A DNA stretch of 64,000 bases from Octopus vulgaris (GCA_951406725.2 OX597821.1:28334001-28398000), one strand, 5' to 3'; positions 12,991 through 27,837 are shown, numbered from the stretch's first letter. Notes: generated by a model from the letters alone, not told the origin. Numbers and translations: made by a program.

Positions 12991-13390
12991 GGCGCAGGAG
13001 TGGCTGTGTGGTAAGTAGCTTGTTTACCAACCACATGGTTCCGGGTTCAGTCTCACTGCGTGACACCTTGGGCGAGTGTCTTCTACTATAGCCTCGGGCC
13101 GACCAAAGCCTTGTGAGTGGATTTGGTAGACGGAAACTGAAAGAAACCCGTCGTACATATGTATATATATATGTGTGTGTGTTTGTGTGTCTGTGTTTGT
13201 CCCCCTAGCATTACTTGATAGCCGATGCTGGTGTGTTTATGTCCCCGTTACTTAGTGGTTCGGCAAAAGAGACCGATAGAAAAAGTACTGGGCTTACAAA
13301 AGAATAAGTCCCAGGGTCGAGTTGCTCAATTAAAGGCGGTGCTCCAGCATGGCCGCAGTCAAATGACTGAAACAAGTAAAGAGAGAAAGA
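12991..13390 (+). mobile_element. Full-length tRNA-derived SINE family A
   Basis: A-box TGGCTGTGTGGTAAG, B-box-like GGTTCAGTCTC, central block 'gacaccttgggcgagtgtcttctac', internal (TA)/(TG) tract and 3' 'gtcaaatgactgaaacaagtaaa'. Many copies in the window. Confidence 0.9.
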
Positions 13391-14610
13391 GAGAGTATAC
13401 GTTAACATCCTTAAGAAATAAAGAAAACAATGGAAACTATACCATAAGCAGATAACCAAATAATCGAAGAAGGCATGGCAGGAACGCCTTTTAGCACATC
13501 TCCTCTAACAGGGATGGTCTGAAGCTAAGCAACAACAGCAGCAACAATGGAAGCATTTATGTATTTCTTTAACCTTCTAGAACTTTCATATTACACATCA
13601 CCGTCGAGAAATCAATGAAGTGTTCATTGGGTAATGTTCCTAGATAGATTATGACTGCAAAACAAAATACCGAATGGTATGACTGAAATAGTTTGGATCA
13701 TAAGTCTGCCAGATCAGGATTTTATTTCATGGTACGCAATTATCAACAGCACTATCACAACAACAACGGAAATATATCAATAACATAAACATCACCAACA
13801 GCGGCAACAGCATCGACAATTTTAGTGATGGCATAGATATAACGAAGAGATTTCCTCTTCTCCGATTTCCTATTTACAGTTACGTAGGCTGAAGAGTTAA
13901 ATGAATCGTAGAAATATCTAATAATTGAACACATCTATGTTTACTAAGCCATCTGTTTTCTCTTTATTAGTAGGAAAAATAAATGTATATACGAAGTAAA
14001 GCATGTTCTTAAAAAACATCATTTCAAGCTCATCTTAGCTCGGTGTTTTTATAAACACTCTACCTTTCGCCCCTCGATCCAACAAATAACTATGAAAGAA
14101 AATAATTCTGATAGGATTTTCTTTTATATGAATAGATATTTCTGTCTCCGATTTGGAGAAGCGAAATCGCGTGAGTAATTGAATACATCTATATAGCATG
14201 AAATGTGTCCAAATGTCTCTCTGGTATACATCCAAGCAGTCCGCATGAACAGTGTAATCCTGCGCTAATGGGACAATTCAAGCAGTTAATGTGAAAGTAT
14301 GGGAATGTTTGAATTAGAAATGGACATCAAGTATTTTCATTTATATGAAGTGAAGGAATATTTTTCCAAAATACTATAATTATTATGCTAGAATTTCCTG
14401 AATTTCTATGTGTTTCTACCAAGATACTAAATTATATTCAACAGAACTATGACATCATTAGAAAATTCTCCTGGATCACAATTTATAATTTCCTTTCGAA
14501 TAAAACTGTTTTATGTGAGTATACAAGTATTCATAAATATATAGACATATATATCCATACACGTATATACATATACATAAATACATGCACACACATACAT
14601 ATATATATTG

Positions 14611-14691
<81 letters not shown>

Positions 14692-16590
14692 TATATACAT
14701 ATACAGAGAGGGAGAGAGAGGGAGCTAGAGATAAATATATGTGTATGCTAACTACACACGAACACATGCGTACGTAAATACATACACACACACACGCACA
14801 CACAAACACACATATATATGTGCCAATCTCAAAAAGGAATACAGTGTGTGAGCAAGAAAATAGGAATAGTGGTTTATAAAGAGTTAATCTTTAGCATATT
14901 TTGCAATTCCCGCAACAGCAGCTATAGTAGCGTCAAGAAAGTCAGGGATAACAAGTAAATTGAAGTAAACTTCTTGCAGCTGTATCAGCCAAAATGGTAT
15001 CAGCAATCCAAAGAACATCAAAGCACGACAGGAACTAAAAGAGTAGCAACAAAAATCAAGACAAACACTAACAAAAACGGCAGCATTTTTTTTTTTAAGT
15101 GACATTAACATAAAAATCAATAGCAGAGCCAATCAGAACAATAGTTTTCTGTTGTCGATGTAAATGAAACAATGAGATATAAGAGAGTGGATAACACTAG
15201 CAGCACAACATTGACAACATTAACTGCAACAATATAAACAGTAAGAATAAGAATTGACAATAGAAGCAGCATTAGAGAGAACAATAAGAAACATTGCAAC
15301 AACTATAACAACTACAACTCTGACGACAACGACGACGACGACGACGACGTCACAAGAGGTCTGTAGAATGAGAAACAGTAATAAAATCAGTAAATAAACA
15401 AAAATGAACATAAAAGAACAGCAATAAATACAAATTCTGCAGCATGAACACCAATAGTTGTAGTTTTCTTAATAGCGTCGGAGACAACAATAACAGCAAC
15501 GAAATCTATAATAACCGTAACATCAATGACAAAAGCAACAGTAATAATACTAGCAGCAAAGATAGTAAACACAACAACAGTGGCATTAATGAATGTGCGT
15601 CAATGAAAATATCAACGAAATTGGCCTGTCTATTTACGCTGGCTTTATCATGGAAACAATTGTTACTAAAAACATTACGAAGATTACCAAAAAACAGCAA
15701 CAAAGCTTATAATTTTTCTATTTCTCAACTACACGTAGGCAGTGTGAAATATTGTAGGTCACCGTGTTCTGCGGTAGGGATACATAATTAATTGTTAATC
15801 ACAGAAGTGCACTCGATTTATACTTCGACATGCTCTTGTTCTTCTGACTAAAATTAACAGCCAAATCTTCCTCATGTGACTCTCTAACGTCTTCTAGCAA
15901 AGAAACGAAAAGGAGAAAAGAATGTGAAAATAACACATCGCTTGATGTAGTCTTAGACACATGGTGTCTAACAAAACGGAATTGTCAAATTTGGGATGCA
16001 TTTCGCGATACTTATGCTCGATATGCTAAACAACACATCCAATAACAAACCAATATTAACAAACAGATTCTGACAGAACAAAATATAGAAAATGAGCAAC
16101 GGTAACAATAGACGTAATTTACGTCTTGCTGGGGAGCTGACAGAGTGCGTAATTGCAAGGAAGTAAAAACATAGATATGTATTCACCTGTCCACCTCCAT
16201 ATATTCTCACTGCTAAAGTTATCTACCGGTTCACATCTGTTTTCTCCAAGTCGACTGACTCGCACTCCTATTTCAGTATTCAATCACCCATATAAATCAC
16301 AGCAAACCCAATGAGATACTGCAGGCTTCTCTGTCTTCCTCGACTACGCAGCAACGATTAGAATTTCGAATCTCATATCAAAGAATGCTAGGCACCTTTG
16401 TTCGGTTTGTAGCACTGTAGTGGTGCTGTGAAAGCCTAGGGGAAATAGAGTACAGTTTCTACAGGTCGGATTCTATGTTACTATTTCCCTTACTCATCTT
16501 TGTTTTTCAAATACATTCTATGTACCACGCTGAATTATTTCAAGTAGCTAACTTTCAGTTCGTAAATGCAAACTTTCTAGGTCATAAAAG

Positions 16591-17853
16591 TGTAGGAATT
16601 TATACGACCGTACGTAAGGAGGATGGTGACATAGGTCTCCTCTAATATGCCGCACGATCGCATCCTAACAGAATAATAAGAGTAGCCATAATACATGGAT
16701 GCAGTACCAAAGTAAATGAATAAAGGACGCCAAGCCGTTCTACTGTTTGAGAAAAGAGATAGATTTTATTCACAGTGTACAAAGTGAGTTGTGATTACTA
16801 ACGTAGTGTTGTAGTATGAATGCATGCGTATAGTATTTGTGTCTGTGTGTTCGTGTGTGCGACAGAAGGTACATATAAAGATGCATGCGAATACAACAGA
16901 AATACAGAGCATAAGAGAAGTCTCAGCATATTGAGTTATTATAGAGTTAGTTACCAGTTCATGTGGTACACGATAACAAGTTCTATAACAAGATTTGGGT
17001 CCCGAAGCGGAGACTAGTTGAGCCACTTGTTGTGCAGGTTTTTCTTGATATAGTTTGTTCTTTCAGATATATATACTGCAACCGTTTTTCCGTGGTGATA
17101 GTTTTACACAAACAGCGTGAGTTGAATCTGTGTATTTGTCTTGTTGTGTACAAGTTGAAATCTTCGGAGATGTAGACAACGATGGTGATGACGTTCTGTC
17201 TGTCGCTCGTATGCAATAGCGTCTTCATAGTATGGTTGGCTGGCTGTCGTCTGTCGTTCGAACTGGAACATAGATGAGTAAGCTCTGTGTGGTCTCCGAC
17301 TGGACCTTAGAAGGTCTAAAGCCGAAAGTCGATGAATTGTGAAAATATTAGCTTATTTCAGGAGTGAAAATGGCTCAATTGAAAGATCCTATCCGAAAGC
17401 CGTGATTGGTCAGTTTACACACTGGCGCTAAATAAGTAGAGAGACAGACCGCGCTAGATGCTAACCAATCAGATCAGTGGACACAACTGGGCTAAACTAG
17501 CCAAAGATGGTTGTAATCTCAAACGAGTTCATTCCTAATGTTTTTCCCAAACAGTGAGGATATCAATATTGCTACACAAGTAACATATTCAGTTTTATTG
17601 TCTATTATTTTCTGGTCTGAACAGAAACGATCCCTTCTAGAAAGGGAGACAGGTAGACTGAAAATAATAGACGAATCGGCCGCACAACAGGGCTTGCAAA
17701 ATAGCGATCGAACGCAGACACATGAAGCCAAAATTGGCCTCACATATATTTCAACTCACTATAGTGTGATAGGCTGAATACCGCAATTCACCTATCTGTT
17801 TTCTAATGACTGTAAATCCATCTCTTATAATCGTACGTTTGTTATTCTTTAAC
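16591..17853 (-). mobile_element. Possible solo LTR or promoter-bearing repeat (boundaries uncertain)
   Basis: ORF-less and relatively GC/CpG-rich. Paired CCAAT boxes (ATTGG ~17405, CCAAT ~17465) and a minus-strand AATAAA at ~16765. TG..CA candidate ends exist but no TSD was found. Confidence 0.3.
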
Positions 17854-18659
17854 AGAAATGAAATATCGATGCGATGATAAGAAAGCTAATTACAGTAAAA
17901 TTAAAGCAGTTATATTTTCAGGATATGGATTTCTATGTAATGGTGTATTTGAACCAGACATTTAAGTTAGATTATTTCTATTTCTTCTCCACTTTACTAC
18001 ACGACTCTATTTTATACTTCATTTGAAGAAAATCTTTCGACATTGCCATATGGAAGAAATTACTCAAACTATATGAAAACAGTGAAATCCTATGCAATTT
18101 GAGTACGACACAAAATCGAAGAACAAAGGTCATGAAGCAGAATAATTGAAATGCAGCATATGGATGTTATGCAATGCTGGAAACTGATGTCTTCCGACGT
18201 TGAAGTCCTGAATTTTCATGCTCTTGAAGCATAAAATCTTATCAAATATCTCTACTTTATGAATCCGAACAAGCGTGGGCAGTAACAGTGTCACTCACTC
18301 TGACAACAGAATTTGTTGCATCGGATAGTAGTAACACTGGTATGAAGACTAGGGAATAAGTAGTAATAAACGGCAGTTTATTTCCAAGTGTTGGAATATA
18401 CGCTACGTGATGAGTAAATTTGTGATAATTTCTATGTTAAGTAATCGGCAATTTTTGTAGTCTTAAACAACCAATAAAAACAACTGATATGAGGGTGAAG
18501 TGCTGCATTATATAAAACAATGAACTAGAGGTAGACTGACATAAGCATTGGAGCCTTTGACGAAATAGTACACAGTATGTCTTACAAATCTTTACGTTCT
18601 GGGTTATAATGCCTTCGATTTCGTCACTGACTTTCATACTTCACCACACTGTATATATA

Positions 18660-19670
18660 CGGAAAGTTTACGAAAAAAACAAAAGACGAAGACAGGTGGT
18701 GTAGAAAACAAACATGTATTAGTATAAAGCTCAGGAATAGAAAAAGTCTTTTACGTTTCGAGCCTACGCTCTTCTACAGAAAGGTGCACAGAAAAAACAA
18801 AGAGAGAAACAAGGAGAGAAAAAAAGGATATATATATGTGAGGGGTGGGTGAAAAAGTAAGATCCAGGGATCGAAGTGTTGTAAGAAGAACGTGAGTTTC
18901 ATGCAGTCCGTACAAAATATATAAAACAAACACAACTTTCAGGTACAATAGCCGTATATTGGTTCGGAAGGTTGTGAATTTTTCCAAAATCGAAGTATGG
19001 TAAGCTGAAAAAACATTATTTTATACCTCACAGCCAGGTTCACCAGGTATGGGAATAAAAATCCAAAAGTTAAGTAGTGGGGTAGATGGTAAGTAGTGGA
19101 GCAGGGTCCTCTCGACAATATAAAGTTTACTTTGTCGTTAGGGGATCCATGTTAACACACGGAGAATTCGATGAGAATGCGGAGAAAGCACAGTTTGCGT
19201 GGAGAATATAATTGGGAAGAGAAATTAGGAATTTGAGAAAAGAAACAAAGAAAAGAGATAATATATAAGGGAGTGGGTAAGTTTACAAGTAAAGGATTTA
19301 AGCGGGGTCATTTCACAAATGGTTTTCAATAGGGCCATTTAAGCCGAATCAGAGAGAGAGTGGAAATAAGGAGTATCATTTGAATAGGAGAGTGTGGAGG
19401 AAAGGAAGAAGAGGGGGGATAACATATTTGTGGTCGATGAGAAGAAAATTGATGCTTAAAGAGATAGTATTAGTAATAAAACTTAAAATCTAGGGAAGAG
19501 GATGTGTGGTAGTTATGGGAAAAAAATCCCTAAGAACTAAGGAGTGTATATTATCAAGGAACACTTCACCTGCAGGATAATTTCGCTTGGGTATCTTCTA
19601 CTTTCGATGTTCCGCTCGCTATAAACATATGTAGCCCGGATTTTATCTACTCCATCCTTTAACTTTTGGA
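18660..19670 (-). mobile_element. Non-coding repeat of the same family as the 1-643 arms (Penelope pLTR/retrozyme-like), bounded by TA tracts
   Basis: 18660-18825 aligns with 351-523 (ggaaagtttacgaaaa...caaggagagaaaaa). The rest is unassigned, so the right boundary is uncertain. Confidence 0.65.
18748..18783 (-). ncRNA. Minimal type I hammerhead ribozyme-like motif with variant core CUGUAGA
   Basis: Minus strand reads CTTT-CTGTAGA-A-GAGC gtag GCTC-GAAA-CG-TA^AAAG. Helix I CTTT/AAAG, perfect 4-bp helix II, loopless palindromic helix III (ACGT), GUA cleavage triplet. Confidence 0.65.
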
Positions 19671-19737
19671 TATATATATATATATATATATACTACAAAA
19701 AGTGGCACCATATTAAAATACCATTAAAGTTTAGAAT

Positions 19738-19956
19738 TATAAACAAGTTATAAACAAGCGCAAAAGAGAATTATTTCTATGCCAATATGCTAATAACAGA
19801 CTTTTAAATCGTCAATTTCCACATATTATTATACCCACTACAGAACTACCTATTTCTGTAGTGGGTATAATAACATGTGGAAATTGACGACTTAAAAGTC
19901 TGTTATCAGCATATTGGCATTGAAATAATCTTCTTTTGCCGCCCTTGTTTATAAGT

Positions 19957-19964
<8 letters not shown>
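19738..19964. repeat. Fold-back palindrome, ~110-bp arms, 8-nt loop (19846-19853), between two (TA)n tracts
   Basis: The inner ~76 bp of each arm pair with 4 mismatches by eye; the outer part is looser. Confidence 0.95.
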
Positions 19965-20053
<89 letters not shown>

Positions 20054-20056
20054 GTA

Positions 20057-20129
<73 letters not shown>

Positions 20130-20134
20130 TGACA

Positions 20135-20489
20135 GCAGCTATTGAAGTGTATTAGTCGATCATATCGACCCGAGGACTTAGCTTTTGAAATCCTAATACA
20201 TATTGTATCGGTCTGTTTTGCTGAACCGCTAACTTACGCAGTCGTAAGCACACAAACACTGATTGTCAAGTGGTGGTGAGAGACACGCACACACAAAGGT
20301 ATATATATATGTACTTATGTATACTTATAAACGACAGGCTTCTTTCAGTTTCCGTCTACCAAATCCACTCAAGTCTTTGGTTGACCCGAGGTAATAGTTG
20401 AACATACTTGCCCAAAGTGTCATGCGGTGGAACTGAACCCGGAACCATGTGGTTGGGAAGTAATCTTCTTGTCACACAGCCACTCCTAC
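20135..20489 (-). mobile_element. SINE family A
   Basis: Reverse complement of the 12991-13390 pattern (gaacccggaaccatgtggttgg...cacacagccactcc). Confidence 0.85.
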
Positions 20490-21713
20490 ATATTATCTCA
20501 GCGTCTATTCCGACATTGTTGTCAACCAAATCTTGTGGGCTAATTAGAAATTCATTAATTGCAACAAAAGCATTTGTAATACCAACAGTTAATATTTATC
20601 TCCCATTTAGAAATGAGATTGTGTTACGACTGAGAATATTGTGTTATTTAACTCTCAGATGTTGTCTCATGGAAACTATCGAAGTATTCTGACACAATAT
20701 CTACTTTTAAATGGTTATAAATATTACCTTACGGTAACAATATTTCTTCTGTCGCTATCAATCTTTTGTTTTTAAATAAGGACACTGGCTATTTGCGAAA
20801 TTAGTGGCTGAATAGACAATCAGTTCGTATATATATCGCTGACAGGATAAACGGGCACTTTGTCTAACTGCAGACATTTGTCTTTGAAAGGCCAGGGCAG
20901 ACCAAAATTATCGCCGGACAGCGTTCTAAACACGAACACTTTTATGCGTCACAAGTCCATATGAGAGGTTATCTCATGGTAAATGACGCAGTATTATATG
21001 TTCTAAAACAATACTCACTTTAAAATGGCTTAGAAATATTACTTTTTGATAGCAATGCTGTTTATGTTGCTATTTAACATTAATTAATTTGTAGAATAAA
21101 GCGGTACTGAATTACACAATTACAAAAGCAAATAGTGCAAACAATAGTATTAGAAATTATCCCATATTAGCAATAGTTATTCACAACATTCCATCCATCA
21201 TAACTCATCACCATTGCTATCAACAATGTACAACCAGACTACTCGCCACTAGGGAACGTTACTGAAGTTGCAACAATAAAGACAATTTAAGAGGAAAGCT
21301 AAACCCAAGTATCAAAAGTGAAATTAACAATATCAGCAAAACTAACAGCATAACCACTGCTAGTACCATTTAGAAAAAAATGTATAGGAAGATGTATAGT
21401 ACATCGTTAGTACTGCCGGTAGCAACAGCAGCAGCAGTAACAGTAGTAAAAACAACATTAACAGTATTGGTATTAAGAGCAGCAGCAGTAGTAACAGCTA
21501 CAAATATCGATTTTGTTGGCCGTTGTCAAAGCAAAAGTTAGTTCAACACTAGTGTGCAAATATTTCGCTTGAACGCCCTCGTTTGAATTCTTTGATTATC
21601 TTACCGTCTAATGAACATCATCTTCCACATCATATGTATTCTACGTCGACCATCTTTTACAGATTCCACTGAATCGATTTGATTCTATCCTGTGACATCT
21701 TAGATATTCTCTA

Positions 21714-21761
<48 letters not shown>

Positions 21762-24181
21762 TGTATATGTAATTCGAGGAGAGTACATATGTAAACAATA
21801 ATGCATGCAATTGTGCTTCTATTTATCAATCAATCAATCAATCACTCAACCAATCAGTCAGCCAATCGATCAATCAATCCATCACACAGCATAATTATCT
21901 ATCTGTCTGTGTACACACACGCGCACTCCCCTTCCCATGTATATATGTGTATGTTTGTATACATATACATACATCAGGTTGTATATCTATTATATATTTA
22001 CGCTCACCTTTAAAAGTCACAAGTTGATGCATGCACAGAAAACGGGATATTTTTGTGATGCAATATACGCCGATGTGTGATTAGCAGAGATCGCTAGGGA
22101 TTGTTATGTCTAGCACTTCTCGCAGCTGTAAGAATTCTATTTTCTTGCTCGTGTTTACTGCGATCTAATTACAATATATAACTTTTTTATGTGTAACATT
22201 TGATTGCAACTCTATGTTGTTGAAGGAGGCAATGAGCGGATGATTCAATCGGAGAAAGAATTCAAAATATCTATTCATGGAATTAGAGCAGGTTTTATGT
22301 CAGCTCAGCGCGGCTTCATTAGCTGTTACATTTTTTTTTTGTTAAGTTTCAGCTCAGAGCTGCGGCCATGCTAATGTACCGCTGTTGAAAAATTATTATA
22401 AAACTAAGTGTAATATATCGTTTTTCCGGGGAGTTATTCTCCGGAGACACCTGAACTTGCAAGTGTGTAACTGAATACATTTCCTTTCTGTGTCCTTTCC
22501 TTCTAATACCCTTTTAGAAGGAATGCACAACACACAACTCAATGTATATTCCTTCAACATTATAGGCCTTTTGTATGTATTACAAACTTTAAACAATGAA
22601 CAGTTCAGAAAACATAAAATGTACGCACCCGTTTTAATAAATCCACGTGTAGATTCTTTCTCATTTAATGTTTGATTGTATCTATGTATGCCTCAAATTC
22701 CAGTGTCTTGTCATGAACGTCATAATTACCCATTTCTTTTATAATATATCTGCTGCAATATAATGTATATCTCGTACACAGAATGTGTCTATTGTGCCTT
22801 GAGTAGTTTGAAAAGAATATGTTATTTTTTCTGTATCATTATATAAATATTCTTTTTTCTATTTCTACCCAAAATATATTGGAGGATTTCAATTTAGACT
22901 CTAATGTATAGGTTTATCTAACGTTTCGGCTTCATAGAAGAAATGAGTTTTAGTAATGTTCATAACTTTCTCAATGAAATGGAGAGATATATGTAATTGA
23001 GCTGTCTTTAATTTGGAAATCGCAAGTATCATAATCGTTAAACTTGCCTTAATGTACTTGACACGTATGTCAAATGTTATTGTTAATATGTTTGCTTACT
23101 ATTCGTATGTCACCCGTTATCAGCTTTATTGTAAAGTTCTCTTTTTTCCCCTCTTGAGTATAGTAATATTTGTATAGAAGAAAAATTGTAGGCGCCATTT
23201 TGGTTGAAAATATTTCAATAAAATATCAAACATCAAACATATTGTCGCACAGAAAATCAGGAAACTTTTTTTTTACACCTTTTGTATTTTCTATATTGGA
23301 TTATATTGAAAATCGAATTTGCTTACATCTTTATCTGTGAATGCTCTTATAACCAACCTCAAAATGACAGATTAGTGTCATGTATTGAATATCAATCCTA
23401 TCTTTTTGGAATACTTATGCTTGAATACATATGTTTGAATTTAGCTTGGATATTCAGTGGTAGATAAGTTTGACAGACAGACGAAGGAAACAACATAAAT
23501 CAAGTATAAAAGCAAATACGTATACCCTGTAAAATGAACATGACTTCCATAAAGCTACTGACCAGGATAAAATAGTAGCAATGTAATGAAACGGAATAAG
23601 GTAAAAGCAAATATATTGGTAAGTGATATCGAATTTATTGAATATTACAAGAGAGCATTACAATTTTATTAATTATTTTTTTTTATATTTAAAATTATAC
23701 TAATGACATTATTCTCGCGAGAATGTATAACTTAAGAAAATGAATTTTATTTTCTATTATTGAAGTTAATGCTCCTAAAATTAGTTTCGTATCAATAAAT
23801 TTTTAAAATGTCATAAACAACCTAAAAGCATGAATTCACTAATGGACATTTTAATGGGAATTATATTTAAGAAAGAAAAAATTTCTTCAAATATCTAAGC
23901 AAAGTATTTTAATTGAATTTTACGTTCTCCAATATCTGGCAAAGACACGGAATATAGATGCAAAAAAAACAACAACAATAACAGTAACGTAAATCTAAAA
24001 CAAATAGTAAATAAAAACATAGCCAAGAAAATAACTCATTTACATTCGTACAGAGAAAAATATAATGGAACACAGGAATATTTTTCTGGTATTCTATTGT
24101 AAATATTGCTACATTTACATATATGTCCACATAAATGTTACATGTTCGGGCCAAGAAATACATAGACACATATATGAAGGC

Positions 24182-24214
<33 letters not shown>

Positions 24215-24282
24215 GCGCATACATAAATGCATACGTCAATAGATATTGATTTATACAAATACATATACTCGTATATATATAG

Positions 24283-24358
<76 letters not shown>

Positions 24359-24715
24359 ATATATGTAGTTATGTATGTATGTATATGTGTATATATATAT
24401 ATATATATACATAAACATAAACATACATATATATCATATATATAAACACACACACAAACAGACATGAGTCGTACAGACATGATTTCAAAATTAAATTTGT
24501 GTATATGTATAAATGCAATTGGTTTTATGTATATCTGAATACAAATGAACATGTGTGTGCGTGTGGCCCACATTACAACAATGCTTAGGTACTTGATAAA
24601 AATATTAGCATTTTCGTTTAAAGTTATGGAGAAAAAAAAGAATAAAATTAATGTACTAGTAAGACTAGAGGTATAAATATCATGATTATTTTTATTATTA
24701 TTATTCTCATCATCA

Positions 24716-24774
<59 letters not shown>

Positions 24775-24778
24775 GTTA

Positions 24779-24836
<58 letters not shown>

Positions 24837-24862
24837 CATCATCATCATTATTATTATTATTA

Positions 24863-25085
24863 AGGCGGAGAGCTGGTAGATCTATGTTGTTGACTTGCTT
24901 CCTCCTACAAAATTGCTGGTCTTGTGCCAAACTTTGAAACCAAGGCAATGAGCTGGCAATATCGGAGGCACGGCGGGCAAAATACTTAACGGCATTTCAT
25001 CCGTCTTTACGTGTACTGACTTCAAATCCAGCATAGGTCGACTTTGCTTTTCATCCTCTCGAGGTCGATGTAATCCACTAGTCCC
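24863..25085 (+). mobile_element. Two adjacent degraded SINE-B units between (ATT)n tracts
   Basis: ggcggagagctggtag...cttgtgccaaactttgaaacca, then ggcaatgagctggcaat...ggtcgactttgcttttcatcctctcgaggtcgat. Confidence 0.75.
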
Positions 25086-25174
25086 TCACTCCAGAATTCC
25101 ATGCCTCGTGTCATTAGTAGAAAAGACTATTATTATTATTATCATTGTTAGTATTATTATTATTATTATTATTG

Positions 25175-25241
<67 letters not shown>

Positions 25242-25244
<3 letters not shown>

Positions 25245-25368
25245 GTGTTTGACTTTTGCTTTGTATTTGTACAAGTTGACACCAAATCTCACCCAGAGAC
25301 CTCAAGAGACAACAAGTTAGAAGTTCATGTTATGTCAAGGGTGTCACATGTATGGTTTTGCACGTAGT
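25242..25368 (-). mobile_element. 3'-UTR fragment of a Dong-like LINE ending in (TAA)n
   Basis: Reverse-complement match to ~27520-27650 (gtctcttgaggtctctgggtgaga...aaagcaaaagtcaaaca). Confidence 0.85.
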
Positions 25369-25409
25369 ATTTTTTTAGAAAATGTTTACGAATATTAGTA
25401 GTGACAGGA

Positions 25410-25420
25410 GCAGCAGGAGC

Positions 25421-25516
<96 letters not shown>

Positions 25517-25517
25517 G

Positions 25518-25596
<79 letters not shown>
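25410..25596. repeat. (GCA)n-(GTA)n-(GTG)n-(GTA)n compound microsatellite
   Basis: Seen directly. Confidence 0.95.
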
Positions 25597-25597
<1 letters not shown>

Positions 25598-26219
25598 TGT
25601 AAACACATCTGCTTCACTTTGTTTTGACAATAAATATTTTTCCCCAATGTGTTTAATTTACATTTTTATTCCGAAAGTTACACATTGCTGGTTTGCAAAA
25701 TAAATGGATAAATAAATAGAAGGTATTTGAGTGCATAAAACAGAGTGAAGTATTTTATTGCTGTTAAATGAAGTATTAAAATGCAGTTCAGAATATAGAC
25801 AGGGAGGTAGTTGAGAACATAGTTTATTTTATTATAAAACACAGCAATTCATCCCTTCGTAACGGTATCGATGAGGCATATCTTAATTTTTGTTTTCAAC
25901 AAACTGGATCGGCTGTTTTTGTTGTTTATTTTCATGCCGGGTTTGGGAGAACGGATCTGTATTCGAAGCCGTCCAGGCGTAAATATTGTGACGATTTGTA
26001 TGGCAAACAATGTCTTATTCAATTTGTCCGTCAATTTATTTAAGGCAGTTAATCGATATTTGGTGTTAATTCAGTGGCGATTTCAAATAGTTAAAGGGAT
26101 TACGTAGGTCCACCTCCGTCGGAGTGATTACGTAAAATCACGGGGTTGGTTAGATACCAATACACGAGAAATACTGGCGCTGTGCTGCTGAATTTACAAG
26201 AACAATAACAACAACAACA

Positions 26220-26293
<74 letters not shown>

Positions 26294-26321
26294 TAATAAT
26301 AATAATAAAAATAATGATACT

Positions 26322-27190
26322 AATAAAACCCATCAGTGGCTACGGAGCTCAGGGCTAAAAGCAGAGAGCGAAGGTTTCATCCTGGCTGTTCAAGATCAAA
26401 GCTTATTAACCCGGAACTACAAGGCCAATGTGATGAAAAATGGAGCAGACACAAAATGCCGATTCTGCAACGACATGATTGAAACAGTGAACCACCTAAT
26501 CTCTGGATGTAAAGTCTTAGCACCAGTGGAGTATAAATTAAGACATGACAGAGTTGGCCAATATCTACACTGGCTAATAAGTCGGCATTACAATATCAAA
26601 ACTGCCGACAAGTGGTATAATCACCACCCTGAAGCTGTAACTGAAGGAGAAAATGTAACGATTTTGTGTGGGACTTTCCAGTACATACAGACCGAACCAT
26701 CAAAGCCAATAAACCGGATATTGTTGTGAAAGACAAAAACAATAAAGTTTGCTTATTGATCGACATGAGCATCCCCTGTGATCATAATATCTCGGCGAAA
26801 GAGTTTAACAAGCTCAGAAAATATAAAGACCTGCTCATTGAAATTGAGAAAAGTTGGCATCTCAAGGCGGTTACAATACCAGTGATCGTAAGGAGCACTA
26901 GGAATGTTCAAGAAGGGAACCGAAAATTATATGAGAATGATCCCTGGCTTACCATCCCTGCAAGAAGTGCAAAAGATTGTCTTAACTGGTACATCACACG
27001 TATTCAGAAGAGCATTGTCGATGTGACAACTATTACTACCCATGTATCTTAATTTAACTTAAAAAAAAAATTAACGAACTAGTGAGTTTAGTTTAATGGC
27101 CTACCAATGTATACTATGAGTTTCTTTGCCCTAGGAGTCGGCAAGACACTCGGCAAGAAATGGAAGCAAATTTGAAAGAAGAAGAAAAAA
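26322..27190 (+). mobile_element. 5'-truncated R4/Dong-like RLE retrotransposon (family 2) in (TAA)n
   Basis: QWLRSSGLKAESEG..AVQDQ, CRFC..ETVNHLISGC, RHD, KPDIVV..LIDMS. Two frameshifts, stop at 27024-27026, 3' UTR, TAA repeats on both sides. Confidence 0.92.
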
Positions 27191-27225
27191 AGATAACAAT
27201 AATAATAATAATAATAATAATAATG

Positions 27226-27262
<37 letters not shown>

Positions 27263-27267
27263 TAATA

Positions 27268-27837
<570 letters not shown>

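Noticed and set aside
12991-13065. tRNA-like A/B boxes
   Set aside because: Head of a multi-copy SINE; no full cloverleaf.
14900-15600. Asn/Thr/Ser-rich ORFs
   Set aside because: Decayed AAC/AAT/AGC cryptic simple sequence with no coding signature.
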